NCBI GenBank assembly: GCA_964416985.1
Contig: CAYQFS010000003.1
Span: 18,594-82,593 of the forward strand
Source of the DNA: an uncultured Candidatus Saccharibacteria bacterium
Lineage (GTDB): Bacteria; Patescibacteriota; Minisyncoccia; Phycocordibacterales; PALSA-1337
DNA length: 64,000 nucleotides
Reading direction: 5' to 3'
The notes below the pieces were generated by a model. It was not told the DNA's origin, ran no database searches, and worked only from the letters and a program-made list of their open reading frames with translations. Below, piece by piece: positions 1 through 9,995 of this stretch (its first letter is position 1; every line of letters starts with the position of its first letter). The position numbers and the translations under genes were made by a program.

Positions 1-62
1 AGGCGGATGACGCAGTAAATATCCAGATCGGCCAGTTTCTCTTTAACAGGGACTCAGGAAGC

Positions 63-1073
63 GTGCAGCTCGTCTCTCTTATCACTGATTCGAAAATTTA
101 CAATAACATAAGTACACAGTGGACCGATGTGGGGAATATTTTTTATTCATGGAAAGTAAATATTGATTCTTTGACGAATACTTCAGCTGATGCCGAGATT
201 GATGCTGCTCTGGCTCTCGCTCAGAAAAATGCAGCAGCCGTGAATCGTTTCCTTGATCTTGTTTCAACAGCTCTTGTGAGTATTACGAATAGTTCAAGTG
301 TTGAGACTCTGCCAATTATTGCTGGATGGAAACAGACGGTCGGCACGATTCGTACTTCTATGAGTGCCGCAACAATTAGTCTCACAAGTGCTCAGTCTGC
401 TTTTGCAAATGCACGAAGTTCTCACACCTCTCCCGGTCAAGCACAAATTTCTTCTGCGGAAGCGGGAGTCAAGAATCTCGAAGCCCAGCTCGCAAAGACG
501 ATCATAACAGCACCACTTTCGGGAACTATCGCGGCGCTTCCTCTCAGAGCAGGAGAACTTGCTTCTCCAGGACAGCTCATTGCAACCGTGGTGGGTTCGG
601 GAGGGCTCCAGGTGAGGGCGTACGTAAGCGGGGAAGATCTGGCACGTATTCAGAAAGACGCTGAGGTAACCATCCGAGGATCTATCAAGGGGAGAGTTAT
701 AAGTATTGCACCGAGTGTGAGTCAGGCCAATAAGAAGGCTGAGATAAAGATTGCTATTACTGATCCAAAGACAGCAAATCTCGTCGTAGGGGAAAGTGTC
801 CAAGCTCTCATTAAGGCCGATTCAATGGCTTCTATTGCCGAGACAGCTGCTACGTCTGGAACATATATTTTGCCAATTCAGGATGTAAAAATTGTCCCTG
901 GTGATGCGTATGTCTTTACCATTGATTCTGAATCAAAAGTCAAAAAAGTTCCTGTAATTCTTGGTGAGGTGAAGGGAGATTTCATTGAAGTCAAAAGCGG
1001 ACTCGATGACAGTATGAGTATCATTTCCCCAGTCTACGAGCTTAATGAGGGGGATGTCGTTCGCGTACAATAA
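63..1073 (+). CDS. RND efflux periplasmic adaptor (MFP) subunit, probably 5'-truncated by the window edge
   Basis: Coiled coil followed by lipoyl-like ITAPLSGTIAAL..GE...PGQ and a C-terminal VPVILG...EVKSGL motif; lies directly upstream of an RND permease. Confidence 0.85.
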   Translation: MQLVSLITDSKIYNNISTQWTDVGNIFYSWKVNIDSLTNTSADAEIDAALALAQKNAAAVNRFLDLVSTALVSITNSSSVETLPIIAGWKQTVGTIRTSMSAATISLTSAQSAFANARSSHTSPGQAQISSAEAGVKNLEAQLAKTIITAPLSGTIAALPLRAGELASPGQLIATVVGSGGLQVRAYVSGEDLARIQKDAEVTIRGSIKGRVISIAPSVSQANKKAEIKIAITDPKTANLVVGESVQALIKADSMASIAETAATSGTYILPIQDVKIVPGDAYVFTIDSESKVKKVPVILGEVKGDFIEVKSGLDDSMSIISPVYELNEGDVVRVQ

Positions 1074-1076
1074 ACT

Positions 1077-4000
1077 ATGAGTAATAATAACGAGCATTCA
1101 TCCGACAGTCGCTATCTTGATCGCCTCGAGTTCCGTCCGGAACTGAGGAATATGTGGCTTTACTTCTTTATAAAGAATTTCCGTGTGGTGATTCTTCTTA
1201 TTCTCATCATTTCAGGATGGGGGATATATTCTTTTTTGAGCCTGCCAAGAGAATCAAATCCTGAAGTCAAAATTCCTATTGCCATCGTGAGCACATTGTA
1301 CCCTGGAGCTTCTCCTTCGGATGTCGAGGAATTTGTTACAAAGAAAATTGAAGCGGAACTTTCCGGTCTCAAGGGTTTGAAGAAACTTACTTCGAGCTCT
1401 CTCAATTCGCTCTCTTCGATCACGGTTGAATTTAATGCAAAGGAGGATAAGGACGACTCGATCAGAAGACTTCGCGACAAGCTTGGAAATATTCAGTCAA
1501 AGATTTCAACTGATGCGGAGGATCCACAAGTCATAGAGGTTTCTCTCGACGATACGCCTATCTGGTCGATTTCGATCACTGGTCCGTACGATGGATTTAC
1601 TCTTAGGAAATATGCCGAGGAGATTCAAGATGAACTCGAAAAAATTCCTGGCGTAAGGGAGATTCAAGTTTCTGGAGGTGATGAAAAGGAATTCGAAATT
1701 GCTTACATTCCTGAGAAACTCCTTTTTTATGGCATAACAAGCCAGGATGCAAATCAGATTGTTATCGCAACAAACACAGCTATTCCAGCCGGAAACTTTG
1801 AGACTGGAAAATTTGTCGTGCCGATTAGATCTGACGCAAGAACAGTTACCGCTTCAACCATTGCTTCAATTCCCGTCGGGCATACTGACAGTGGTGCAAC
1901 AATATTTCTCCGCGACATTGCTCGGGTGAGTGAGACAGCTCTCAAAAAGACCGCCTACTCTCGTTTCTCGATCGGAGGTTCAGAACCAAGGAATTCGGTA
2001 AACCTTTCTCTTATCAAACGACAAGGATCTTCGGTTCTTGATACCGTCGACACTGCAAAAGCCACGGTCGAAAAAACGATCGCCACATTTCCTCCTGGAG
2101 TAAAGTACGATGTTTCATTTGATCTTGCCTCGCAGGTGCGTGAGGACTTTGATCAATTGGGCCACGACTTCCTCCTTACTGTTCTTCTTGTCGCAATCAT
2201 TCTTTTCCTCATTGTCGGACTCAAGGAAGCCTTCGTTGCCGGACTTGCCATTCCTCTGGTGTTTTCTGTTACATTTGGTGTACTTCTTTCTCTAGGAATC
2301 ACTCTAAACTTTCTTTCGTCCTTCTCTCTTATTTTGGCTCTCGGTCTCCTCGTTGATGATGCAATCGTGGTTGTTTCTGCAACAAAACAGTATCTCAATT
2401 CAGGAAAGTTCACACCAGAGGAAGCCGTTCTCCTTGTTCTCAATGATTTTAAGTGGGTTCTTACGACAACGACTTTGGCAACAGTTTGGGCATTTCTCCC
2501 ACTTCTTTTTGCTTCAGGAATCATGGGGGAATATTTAAAATCAATTCCAATTACCATTTCCATTACCCTCACTGCTTCGCTTCTCATTGCCCTTATGGTG
2601 AACCATCCTCTAGCTGCTGTTCTTGAGCGCATTCGCCTTACAAAAAGATTTTTCTTCATCATTGAGGCAGTGATCATCCTCGTTGCGGGTGTGATGTTCT
2701 ATATTGGAAGCATTCTTGCAATTGTCCTTGGAGTTATCGCCCTCGTTATCGAAGGTTACCTCATCTGGTGGTATGAAAAAGATGGAAAGAGAATTCTTCG
2801 TGAAAATGCATTGAAAATGGAGAGGGAATGGAAGAGTGATGACCTCATTAGACAGAAGCTTCACGAGCAGGGAAGCAAGCAACACTCGAGTTTTTCATCA
2901 AAACTGATTCATGGAATTGTCAATTTTCATCAGTTCTTGCCTATTTATGAAAAATATTTTAAGTATTACATTCTCGACAAAAAGCGTAGAAAAAGAGTAA
3001 TTAGCTCGGTCATTGTACTTTTTGTTTTTGCTGTTGGTCTCGTCGCTACTGGTATAGTGAGGACGGAATTTTTCCCGGTTTCAGATCAGCAATACATTTA
3101 TGTTGATATGAAGGCTCCTGTCGGTACACGTCTCTCCGAAACAGATATTCACATTCGTGAGGTCGAAGAGAAGCTTCTTGGATATGAGGATGTCTCAAAT
3201 TTCTCGACTATCGTTGGACGACCGAGTGCAAATGGGGGATTTGTAGGAGGAAATGGCTCTTCAAATCTCGGCTCGATCACCATTACTCTCAAAAAGAAAG
3301 AAGAGAGAAAGATGAAATCATACGAACTGGCCGATATTATCCGAAATGACCTTTCAAAAATACAGGATCCGAGTCTCTCGATCGAAGTTTCCATTCCCGC
3401 AGGAGGTCCTCCTGCTGGAGCGGCATTTGAAGGGAGGATAATGGGGGACAACCTCGATGTGCTTACACAAATTGTCGCAGATCTTCGACCGCAACTCGCT
3501 TCGATTCCCGGGGTGATTAATGTCGGAGTTTCTCAGAAGGATTCTGTTCCTCAGTACACATTTGTTCTCGATCCCACACGAATGGAACAACATGATTTGA
3601 ATGCCGCCTACGTAGGATCGGTTTTGAGAACAGCAGTTGCTGGAATTGAACTTACCAAAATTATCAAAGATGAAAAAGAAGTGAAGCTCATTGCGACATT
3701 TGACCAATCGACCATTCCAAACCTTGCTGCTATTCAGAACATGCAGATTCTCAACATGAGAAAACAGCCGGTTTTCCTCAAAGATGTTGCTACAATTGAA
3801 CTCAAGCCTGCTGTTGATGTCATTACCCGAATCGATCAGAAGAGAACCATTCTTCTTTCGGCCGGTGTTGACTCATCAACAAACGGTCAGCTCGTTCTCG
3901 CTCAATTCCAGAAAAAGATTGCCGACTACAACATGCCTTCTGGATATCAGATTGTGTTTGGTGGTGAAAATGAGCAGAACGCTGAGTCAGTGATGTCCAT

Positions 4001-4478
4001 TCTTCGCGCCATGATTATTGCTCTCATTCTCATTGTTGCTACTCTCGTTATTCAATTTAATTCATTCAGAAAAGCTCTCATTGTTCTCGTGCCGATTCCT
4101 CTTGCTTTGATTGGGGTATTTATGGGTATGGCGATCTTTGATGTTCCATTGAGCTTCCCAGCTTTGATCGGAGTTCTGGCCCTCTTTGGTATCGTGGTCA
4201 AGAACGCCATCATCCTTGTTGATAAGATAAATATAAATATTAAAAGTGGAATTGAGTTCGAAGATGCTGTCGCTGACGCCGGTAAGTCCCGTCTCGAGGC
4301 AATCTTCATTACCTCAATCTGTACCATCATGGGTATCCTTCCTGTAACATTCTCAAATGAGTTCTGGATGGCCCTCGGCAGCTCTGTCATCTTTGGCCTT
4401 ACGCTCTCGTCCTTCCTCACGCTCTTTCTCGTCCCGGCGTTCTATCTTGTGTTTGTTAAAAGAGATGACAATATGTAG
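1077..4478 (+). CDS. RND efflux permease (AcrB/AcrD/AcrF family)
   Basis: 1133 aa; YPGASPSDVE, GLLVDDAIVV, GIVVKNAIILVD and SRLEAIFITS motifs. Confidence 0.95.
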   Translation: MSNNNEHSSDSRYLDRLEFRPELRNMWLYFFIKNFRVVILLILIISGWGIYSFLSLPRESNPEVKIPIAIVSTLYPGASPSDVEEFVTKKIEAELSGLKGLKKLTSSSLNSLSSITVEFNAKEDKDDSIRRLRDKLGNIQSKISTDAEDPQVIEVSLDDTPIWSISITGPYDGFTLRKYAEEIQDELEKIPGVREIQVSGGDEKEFEIAYIPEKLLFYGITSQDANQIVIATNTAIPAGNFETGKFVVPIRSDARTVTASTIASIPVGHTDSGATIFLRDIARVSETALKKTAYSRFSIGGSEPRNSVNLSLIKRQGSSVLDTVDTAKATVEKTIATFPPGVKYDVSFDLASQVREDFDQLGHDFLLTVLLVAIILFLIVGLKEAFVAGLAIPLVFSVTFGVLLSLGITLNFLSSFSLILALGLLVDDAIVVVSATKQYLNSGKFTPEEAVLLVLNDFKWVLTTTTLATVWAFLPLLFASGIMGEYLKSIPITISITLTASLLIALMVNHPLAAVLERIRLTKRFFFIIEAVIILVAGVMFYIGSILAIVLGVIALVIEGYLIWWYEKDGKRILRENALKMEREWKSDDLIRQKLHEQGSKQHSSFSSKLIHGIVNFHQFLPIYEKYFKYYILDKKRRKRVISSVIVLFVFAVGLVATGIVRTEFFPVSDQQYIYVDMKAPVGTRLSETDIHIREVEEKLLGYEDVSNFSTIVGRPSANGGFVGGNGSSNLGSITITLKKKEERKMKSYELADIIRNDLSKIQDPSLSIEVSIPAGGPPAGAAFEGRIMGDNLDVLTQIVADLRPQLASIPGVINVGVSQKDSVPQYTFVLDPTRMEQHDLNAAYVGSVLRTAVAGIELTKIIKDEKEVKLIATFDQSTIPNLAAIQNMQILNMRKQPVFLKDVATIELKPAVDVITRIDQKRTILLSAGVDSSTNGQLVLAQFQKKIADYNMPSGYQIVFGGENEQNAESVMSILRAMIIALILIVATLVIQFNSFRKALIVLVPIPLALIGVFMGMAIFDVPLSFPALIGVLALFGIVVKNAIILVDKININIKSGIEFEDAVADAGKSRLEAIFITSICTIMGILPVTFSNEFWMALGSSVIFGLTLSSFLTLFLVPAFYLVFVKRDDNM

Positions 4479-4486
4479 GCAAACTA

Positions 4487-4512
4487 AAAGCCCCGAAACA
4501 TCGCGGGGCTTT
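4487..4512. terminator. Bidirectional intrinsic terminator
   Basis: AAAGCCCCG...CGGGGCTTT inverted repeat between convergent genes. Confidence 0.7.
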
Positions 4513-4534
4513 GAGGTTCTTGGAGAACCATGTG

Positions 4535-4900
4535 TTATCGCTCACTTTCTTCACGCAGCGGTGCTGCCAGAGGTAAACTGTGGCCGATAGTGGAGCAAGT
4601 GGGGGGAATGCCAAATTCATTGATCTTGTATTTTTCCTTGGATGCAAGACAGATTGGATATTTATCAAGTATCCTGTTTTTGTCTTCTTCCCGCATGACC
4701 TTGATCGGACTATTTTGGCGATACCAGGTTTCAACTTCTTCATTGAGCCGTACGAGGTTCATGATGCAGGCTTTTTTGTGAGTCTTTGACTGGCCAGCCC
4801 GATACATTGGGATGAGGGTTGCCGAGAGCAGAGCAATTATTGCGAGGACGACGAATAGCTCGACGAGCGAGAATCCATTCCGACAATTCAGTTTTTTCAT
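4535..4900 (-). CDS. Type IV pilin-like protein (prepilin N-terminal methylation motif)
   Basis: NG/FSLVELFVVLAIIALL class III signal peptide with E5, then a hydrophobic helix and Cys residues. Confidence 0.8.
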   Translation of the reverse strand: MKKLNCRNGFSLVELFVVLAIIALLSATLIPMYRAGQSKTHKKACIMNLVRLNEEVETWYRQNSPIKVMREEDKNRILDKYPICLASKEKYKINEFGIPPTCSTIGHSLPLAAPLREESER

Positions 4901-4977
4901 TCAATTCTTTCTAGCACACGTTCTAGCACACGTTTGTTGTTTCCGTGTGCGTTTCTGAGGAACTTATATCATGGATT

Positions 4978-6213
4978 CTATTGCTTGGCAACCTTGTCGC
5001 TCCTTACTTTCAAAAGACAAATAAATCCAAAAACAATAAACGCTGAGACTGCGAGAGTTGCAAGTCTGTAGCGGTCACTTCCGAGTGAAATAAATCCCGA
5101 AACTACGAGACCCCAGACAATAGGTCCTGCAAAAGAAGAAACCCTCTCAACGAGGCCGAAGTATGAAAAGGCGAGGTTATGTCCTCCAAGGGGAGCGAGG
5201 TACGACATGACTGATCTTGAGACAGCCCAGCTTGCTCCAAACCAGAAACCCATGAGAGTTGTGGCGATAATGAAAAGAGTAAAGTTGGTGACGAAGGCAA
5301 TTGAAGGAAGAATAAAAAGCCATCCGCCAACGAGGAAGAGAAGAGTTTTCTTGTGGCCAACTTTGTCGGCAATAAGTCCAGATATCATTCCTCCCATTGC
5401 TGACGTTAAAAGAATACCTATCATGATATATGTTTTAATTGCATCTGAAATATGCCAAACTTGCTCCATAAAAATGGAAAAGTTATTGGCAGCTGTAAGG
5501 ACTGCATCGTTAAAAAAGAAATATGAAAGCATGAAAAGGGCGATTCCAGGGAAAAGAAAAAGCGCCTTCGTGCTTGTAAGAAGATTCCGAACCTCGTTCT
5601 TTATTTTGAGCTCAGGACGAACTTTTTTTGGTTCGTTAAAGAATATGAGCATTGGCAGAGCAAGGATGGCAAAAAGAATAATTGCCGGGAAAAGAGTCTC
5701 AACTCTGAAAGCAGAATGGAAAATACTCCAGTGGCCAGAAGAAAAAGGAAGTACAACAAGAAGTCCGACGAATTGCCCGACATAATTTGCAGCAATTCCT
5801 ATTCCAGAAGTTCTTCCTCTTTTTCCTTCGGAGGCAATGTCATTTAAAAGGGGAGTATAGAAAGTAAAGGTAAGAAGATAGAAATAATTAGCGAAGGTGA
5901 ATAATCCAAGAGCCAAAAATCCCTTATCATACATAGCACTTACAGCGCATCCGATATAAAATATAACTGCAAGAACAGTACTTACTCGCAACCCGGTTAT
6001 TCTTCTAAAAAATCGATCGAGAAGAAGTCCAGTAATCGGTACAGTAAACAAAAGAAGTACAGCGGCAACTGTAAAAGTGAGATTGAGATAAATGTCGGCA
6101 ATACCCTGATCGACTACAATCCACTGGCCAAAATAGAAGAAAAAGACTATTGAAAGAATAGAATTTGCGAAATCGTAGAGTGCCCAGAGGAAGATATTTT
6201 TCCGAGTATTCAT
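4978..6213 (-). CDS. MFS transporter (Atg22/UMF1-like)
   Basis: WALYDFANS start, about 12 TM segments, GLIADKVGHKK MFS motif. Confidence 0.85.
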   Translation of the reverse strand: MNTRKNIFLWALYDFANSILSIVFFFYFGQWIVVDQGIADIYLNLTFTVAAVLLLFTVPITGLLLDRFFRRITGLRVSTVLAVIFYIGCAVSAMYDKGFLALGLFTFANYFYLLTFTFYTPLLNDIASEGKRGRTSGIGIAANYVGQFVGLLVVLPFSSGHWSIFHSAFRVETLFPAIILFAILALPMLIFFNEPKKVRPELKIKNEVRNLLTSTKALFLFPGIALFMLSYFFFNDAVLTAANNFSIFMEQVWHISDAIKTYIMIGILLTSAMGGMISGLIADKVGHKKTLLFLVGGWLFILPSIAFVTNFTLFIIATTLMGFWFGASWAVSRSVMSYLAPLGGHNLAFSYFGLVERVSSFAGPIVWGLVVSGFISLGSDRYRLATLAVSAFIVFGFICLLKVRSDKVAKQ

Positions 6214-6216
6214 TTG

Positions 6217-6289
6217 TGCGCCCAGTAGGAATCGAACCTACGACCCACTCCTTAAAAGGGAGATGCTCTACCGACTGAGCTATGGGCGC
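6217..6289 (-). tRNA. tRNA-Lys(TTT)
   Basis: GCGCCCA acceptor, AGCTCAGTCGGTAGAGC D arm, loop CTTTTAA, GGTTCGATTCC T arm. Confidence 0.93.
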
Positions 6290-6332
6290 ATATATGACTG
6301 CGAGCAAAACTATAGCATACTCAGGCCAAAGT

Positions 6333-7904
6333 TCAATTTTTGAGAGGCAATGAGAATGAGAACTGGCTTCCTTTACCCGCCCCTTCGGAGGCTACCCAGA
6401 TTTTGCCCTCATGGTGCTGGATGATCTTTTTTGATATGAAGAGGCCGATTCCCATGCCCTCAGTGTCGGAGGAACGGGCTTTGTCGGAGCGGTAGAATTT
6501 TGAGAAGATCATTTTGAGCTCGCTTTCCATCATTCCAATTCCGTCGTCTTTGACCGAGAAGACGGCGTTGCCATTATCGTTGAAAGAAGTTACTGAAATC
6601 TTTCCTGATTCTGGAGTGTAATGAATTGCATTCTCAATAAAAGTTTGGATAACGAATTTAATTCGGAGTTCATCACAGGGAGCTGTGAGTCCCGGCGTGT
6701 AATTTGTTTCAACAAACAATTTTTTTGTCGTGATCTGGAGAGAAAGGGAAGCAATTACTTCTGCAGCAAGAGCGGAGATGTCGTGAGATGTTTTCTGGTA
6801 ATCGTAATCACCCTTTTCTGTTTCTGAGGCATTTGCGAGGATGTCTGTTAGCTCGATGAGCTTGCTGTTTGAATTTTTGATATATTCAATCTGGGCTAGA
6901 CCTTCATTTGAAAGATTTTCAGCCTTGAGATTTTCTGTCGCCCATTTTATGGTGGTCAAAGGCGTGCGGAATTTGTGGGTGACTGTTGTAATGAATTCGT
7001 ACTTGAGAATATCTGTGGTACGGAGATTTTTCCAGACGAGGGTGCTGATTGTTGCCACGAGAATTCCCGATACAAGAGCCGTAACCCATGAAGGATATCC
7101 TGGATATGCTGCCACGATAAATGTGTGGAGATAATTGAGGATGAGGACAATTGCCCCGACTACAATAACAATAATTGAATAGAAAAAGGCCTGCTGCGCG
7201 ATCACTTTTACGTTAAGAAGGCCGTATTTTACGGCACCATAGAGAAACGGGACAGCGAACATAAGGCCGAATGCCATGCCCCAGAGAGGGTCAATCTGTA
7301 TGTTGTAGACGAGAAAGTTTGGGATGAGACCAACAAGGTAGGTGACAATGATGGCATAGGTGAAATATTTGTACTGGAGTCTCTGGTCATGCTCCACCGT
7401 CTTTTTCCAAGCCGTTGCCATTTTGTAGGTTATGTAAGGAACAATGAGGACATAGAGGTAGACAACCCGAATCCAATTAAATACTCCTGGAACATAATAA
7501 TTTGGGAAATACATTTTTGGTTCTGAAGGAAGGAAGAAAAGATTAGGATAGAATGAAAAGAAGATCGTGACGCCAATCGCAACTCCATATGAAATGGCGA
7601 TTATATAACGGTCTTTCCATTCCTGATCAAGAAGAGCAAGAACACTATGAAGATTGAATGCTCCAACAAAAAGCATTGAGAGATTGAACATGAGGATAGT
7701 TCGTGAAAGAAGAGGATCGGTGATGTTGACCCCGATTACATGTGAGACGACAAAGAAAAGAGCAGCGACACCGGTGAGGCCAAGGGCGATGTTTGCACGG
7801 CGTCGCGATCCATTCAAAAAGACGAAGAGAGAAAGTCCAGCAAGGGCGACTGCTGAAGCGATACAGATGATATTGTGCGCGACAAGATGAAAGCTTGCGA
7901 ACAT
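6333..7904 (-). CDS. Membrane sensor histidine kinase (multi-TM N-terminus, HisKA + HATPase)
   Basis: H-box VTHKFRTPLT, N-box ENAIHY, DDGIG, GMGIGL; no cognate response regulator nearby. Confidence 0.92.
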   Translation of the reverse strand: MFASFHLVAHNIICIASAVALAGLSLFVFLNGSRRRANIALGLTGVAALFFVVSHVIGVNITDPLLSRTILMFNLSMLFVGAFNLHSVLALLDQEWKDRYIIAISYGVAIGVTIFFSFYPNLFFLPSEPKMYFPNYYVPGVFNWIRVVYLYVLIVPYITYKMATAWKKTVEHDQRLQYKYFTYAIIVTYLVGLIPNFLVYNIQIDPLWGMAFGLMFAVPFLYGAVKYGLLNVKVIAQQAFFYSIIVIVVGAIVLILNYLHTFIVAAYPGYPSWVTALVSGILVATISTLVWKNLRTTDILKYEFITTVTHKFRTPLTTIKWATENLKAENLSNEGLAQIEYIKNSNSKLIELTDILANASETEKGDYDYQKTSHDISALAAEVIASLSLQITTKKLFVETNYTPGLTAPCDELRIKFVIQTFIENAIHYTPESGKISVTSFNDNGNAVFSVKDDGIGMMESELKMIFSKFYRSDKARSSDTEGMGIGLFISKKIIQHHEGKIWVASEGAGKGSQFSFSLPLKN

Positions 7905-7910
7905 GGTTTT

Positions 7911-8279
7911 TTAAAGAGGCATATCGATCGAGAACGCACCAGGACCTGTGAGGAGAAGGCACAGTGAAATGACGAGGAGGATGAAGTAATAGTTGATACC
8001 ATTTGTGAGAAATGCTCGGTTTTTAACCTTACGAACAAGATGAGTGAGGAAGACGAGCGTGGTGAGAAGGGCAATGAGCTGCGTCAGGAAACCAATTACG
8101 AGGCAGATTCCGAGGAAGGCCTCAAATGCGACGCAAGCCATTTTCATTCCCTTGCTTTCTTTGTCCTCGCGGCGGGTTCGTCGGTATGCCCAGAAAAGAA
8201 AGACAATTCCTAGAGTGAGCCGAAGGAGTAATGGGGAGAATTCCTGGTATGTAAGGAGCCATGGAAAAAGTGAAAGCAT
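7911..8279 (-). CDS. DoxX family membrane protein
   Basis: LLLRLTLG...GFLTQ...LLLTGPGAFSID pattern. Confidence 0.85.
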   Translation of the reverse strand: MLSLFPWLLTYQEFSPLLLRLTLGIVFLFWAYRRTRREDKESKGMKMACVAFEAFLGICLVIGFLTQLIALLTTLVFLTHLVRKVKNRAFLTNGINYYFILLVISLCLLLTGPGAFSIDMPL

Positions 8280-8317
8280 GGTATTGATATTTAATTAAAC
8301 TCTTATATAGTGTCTTT

Positions 8318-8794
8318 ATGATACCACAGGAAAGCGAAATCTGTCTGGCACTCCACAACATCCGAAGTACCCATAATGTTGGGGCTATTTTTCGCACGGC
8401 AGATGCAGCTGGTGTCTCAAAAATCTACCTCTGCGGCATCACTCCAGCTCCTATTGATCGTTTCGGGAGGGATCGAAAAGATATTTCCAAAGCTGCTTTA
8501 GGAGCAGAGAAAGTCATAGAATGGGAACAAGTCAAAGATATTAAGGCTCTCATAAGAAAGCTTAAGAAAGAAAAATATCAAATTATTGCGATTGAGCAAG
8601 ACGAAAAGTCTAAAAATTACAAAAAAATAAAATTAGTGAGAAAGAATTTAATAATTCTTGGAGCTGAAGTTGAGGGAATTGGAAAAGATATTTTGGATAC
8701 GTGTGACCAAATTGCCGAAATCCCAATGAAGGGCACAAAAGAATCGCTCAATGTTTCCGTCGCGGCGGGGGTCATCCTATATTCTCAGCTCTGA
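8318..8794 (+). CDS. TrmH/SpoU family RNA methyltransferase
   Basis: NIRSTHNVGAIFRTAD, ILGAEVEG, IPMKGTKESLNVSVA SPOUT motifs. Confidence 0.92.
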   Translation: MIPQESEICLALHNIRSTHNVGAIFRTADAAGVSKIYLCGITPAPIDRFGRDRKDISKAALGAEKVIEWEQVKDIKALIRKLKKEKYQIIAIEQDEKSKNYKKIKLVRKNLIILGAEVEGIGKDILDTCDQIAEIPMKGTKESLNVSVAAGVILYSQL

Positions 8795-8843
8795 AATGTT
8801 TACATTGTTCATACATTGTATATACTTGACTCAACAAAAAAAC

Positions 8844-9098
8844 ATGAAGACCCCCGAGACTCAAACAATAAGCATTAGACTCGAGAAAAAGACAAAGGAA
8901 GAGGCCCAGGAAATTTTGGAAAAAATGGGGCTTGACCTTTCGTCCGCTGTAAAAATCTTTCTGTATAATATTATTCTTAATAAAGCCATTCCTTTCGAAA
9001 TTAAATCAGAAGCCAATAAATCTTTTAGACAAATTGCAAAAGAAAACCTTAAAAAAGAGCTCGGTAAATTAAATTATTCTGATGTAGACGAAGGCTAA
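8844..9098 (+). CDS. RelB/DinJ family antitoxin (no adjacent toxin)
   Basis: ISIRLEKKTKEEAQEILEKMGLDLSSAVKIFL...AIPFEI; start moved to in-frame ATG 8844. Confidence 0.8.
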   Translation: MKTPETQTISIRLEKKTKEEAQEILEKMGLDLSSAVKIFLYNIILNKAIPFEIKSEANKSFRQIAKENLKKELGKLNYSDVDEG

Positions 9099-9970
9099 AT
9101 TTTTTGAATTTTCTGGTGACTTGTGCAAAAGTGTGTACCTCGGCCCGCAACGACGATGCGGGTAATGAAGCCGGGGCAGCCTTTTTTCGAGCATTTTTTG
9201 CCGGTTTTTCGGTAGGCATTGTGCTGTTCTTGGAATTTTCCGGGCTTTCCATGAATATTTCTATAGTCCGACATCGAATCTCCTCCGAAATCAATTCCTT
9301 TTGCGAGAGTTGTCTTTATGGCATTAAAAAGCTTTCTTAATGCGGGAGTGGGGACATCTTTTACAAGCTGCTCTGGATGGATTCCTGCTCTCCATAAGCT
9401 TTCGTCGGCGTAAATATTTCCAATTCCAGCAATGATGCTCTGGTCCATGAGAGTTGGTTTAATTTTCCCGTTTCTTTTTGTATATATTCTTTCGATAAAT
9501 TTCTTGAAATCAAAAGCTTTTTCGAGAGGCTCCGGGCCGATCCCCTTGAGATGCTCTGAATCGTGAATTGTGTCTGTCGGGACAACTGCAACTTTTGCAA
9601 ACTTTCTCATATCAGAAAGCTCGATATTTTTTCCATTCGAAAGGTATAAAATGAGATGGATAAAACGGTTAAATGGATCGCTTCGGTCGTAATCTCCATA
9701 GAGAAGGTGGCCGGTCATTTTCATGTGCACAATAATGGTGAGGTTATCGGACAGATGGATGAGGACATTTTTTGCTCGTCTCGAAACCTGGAGAATTTTT
9801 TTCCCAGTGATTTCCTTTTTAAAATATACAAAATATTTTGGATCCTTTATGTTCTTTGATCCTCTAAAATAGGTGCTTTTGTAGTCCGTCCAGACGTCAG
9901 AAATGGAAAGCCCCCGCACGACGCGGTCGAGTCCTCTTGCTGTTGTTTGTACTTCGGGCAATTCTGGCAT
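9095..9970 (-). CDS. mutM: Formamidopyrimidine-DNA glycosylase
   Basis: MPELPEV N-terminus, HMKMTG, GIGNIYADE, C-terminal zinc finger RGTHFC. Confidence 0.95.
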   Translation of the reverse strand: MPELPEVQTTARGLDRVVRGLSISDVWTDYKSTYFRGSKNIKDPKYFVYFKKEITGKKILQVSRRAKNVLIHLSDNLTIIVHMKMTGHLLYGDYDRSDPFNRFIHLILYLSNGKNIELSDMRKFAKVAVVPTDTIHDSEHLKGIGPEPLEKAFDFKKFIERIYTKRNGKIKPTLMDQSIIAGIGNIYADESLWRAGIHPEQLVKDVPTPALRKLFNAIKTTLAKGIDFGGDSMSDYRNIHGKPGKFQEQHNAYRKTGKKCSKKGCPGFITRIVVAGRGTHFCTSHQKIQKI

Positions 9971-9995
9971 ACAATTCTTATATCATACCTTGTTC

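Noticed and set aside
4909-4932. Tandem 12-mer TTCTAGCACACG x2 upstream of the pilin gene
   Set aside because: Only two copies; a simple duplication explains it
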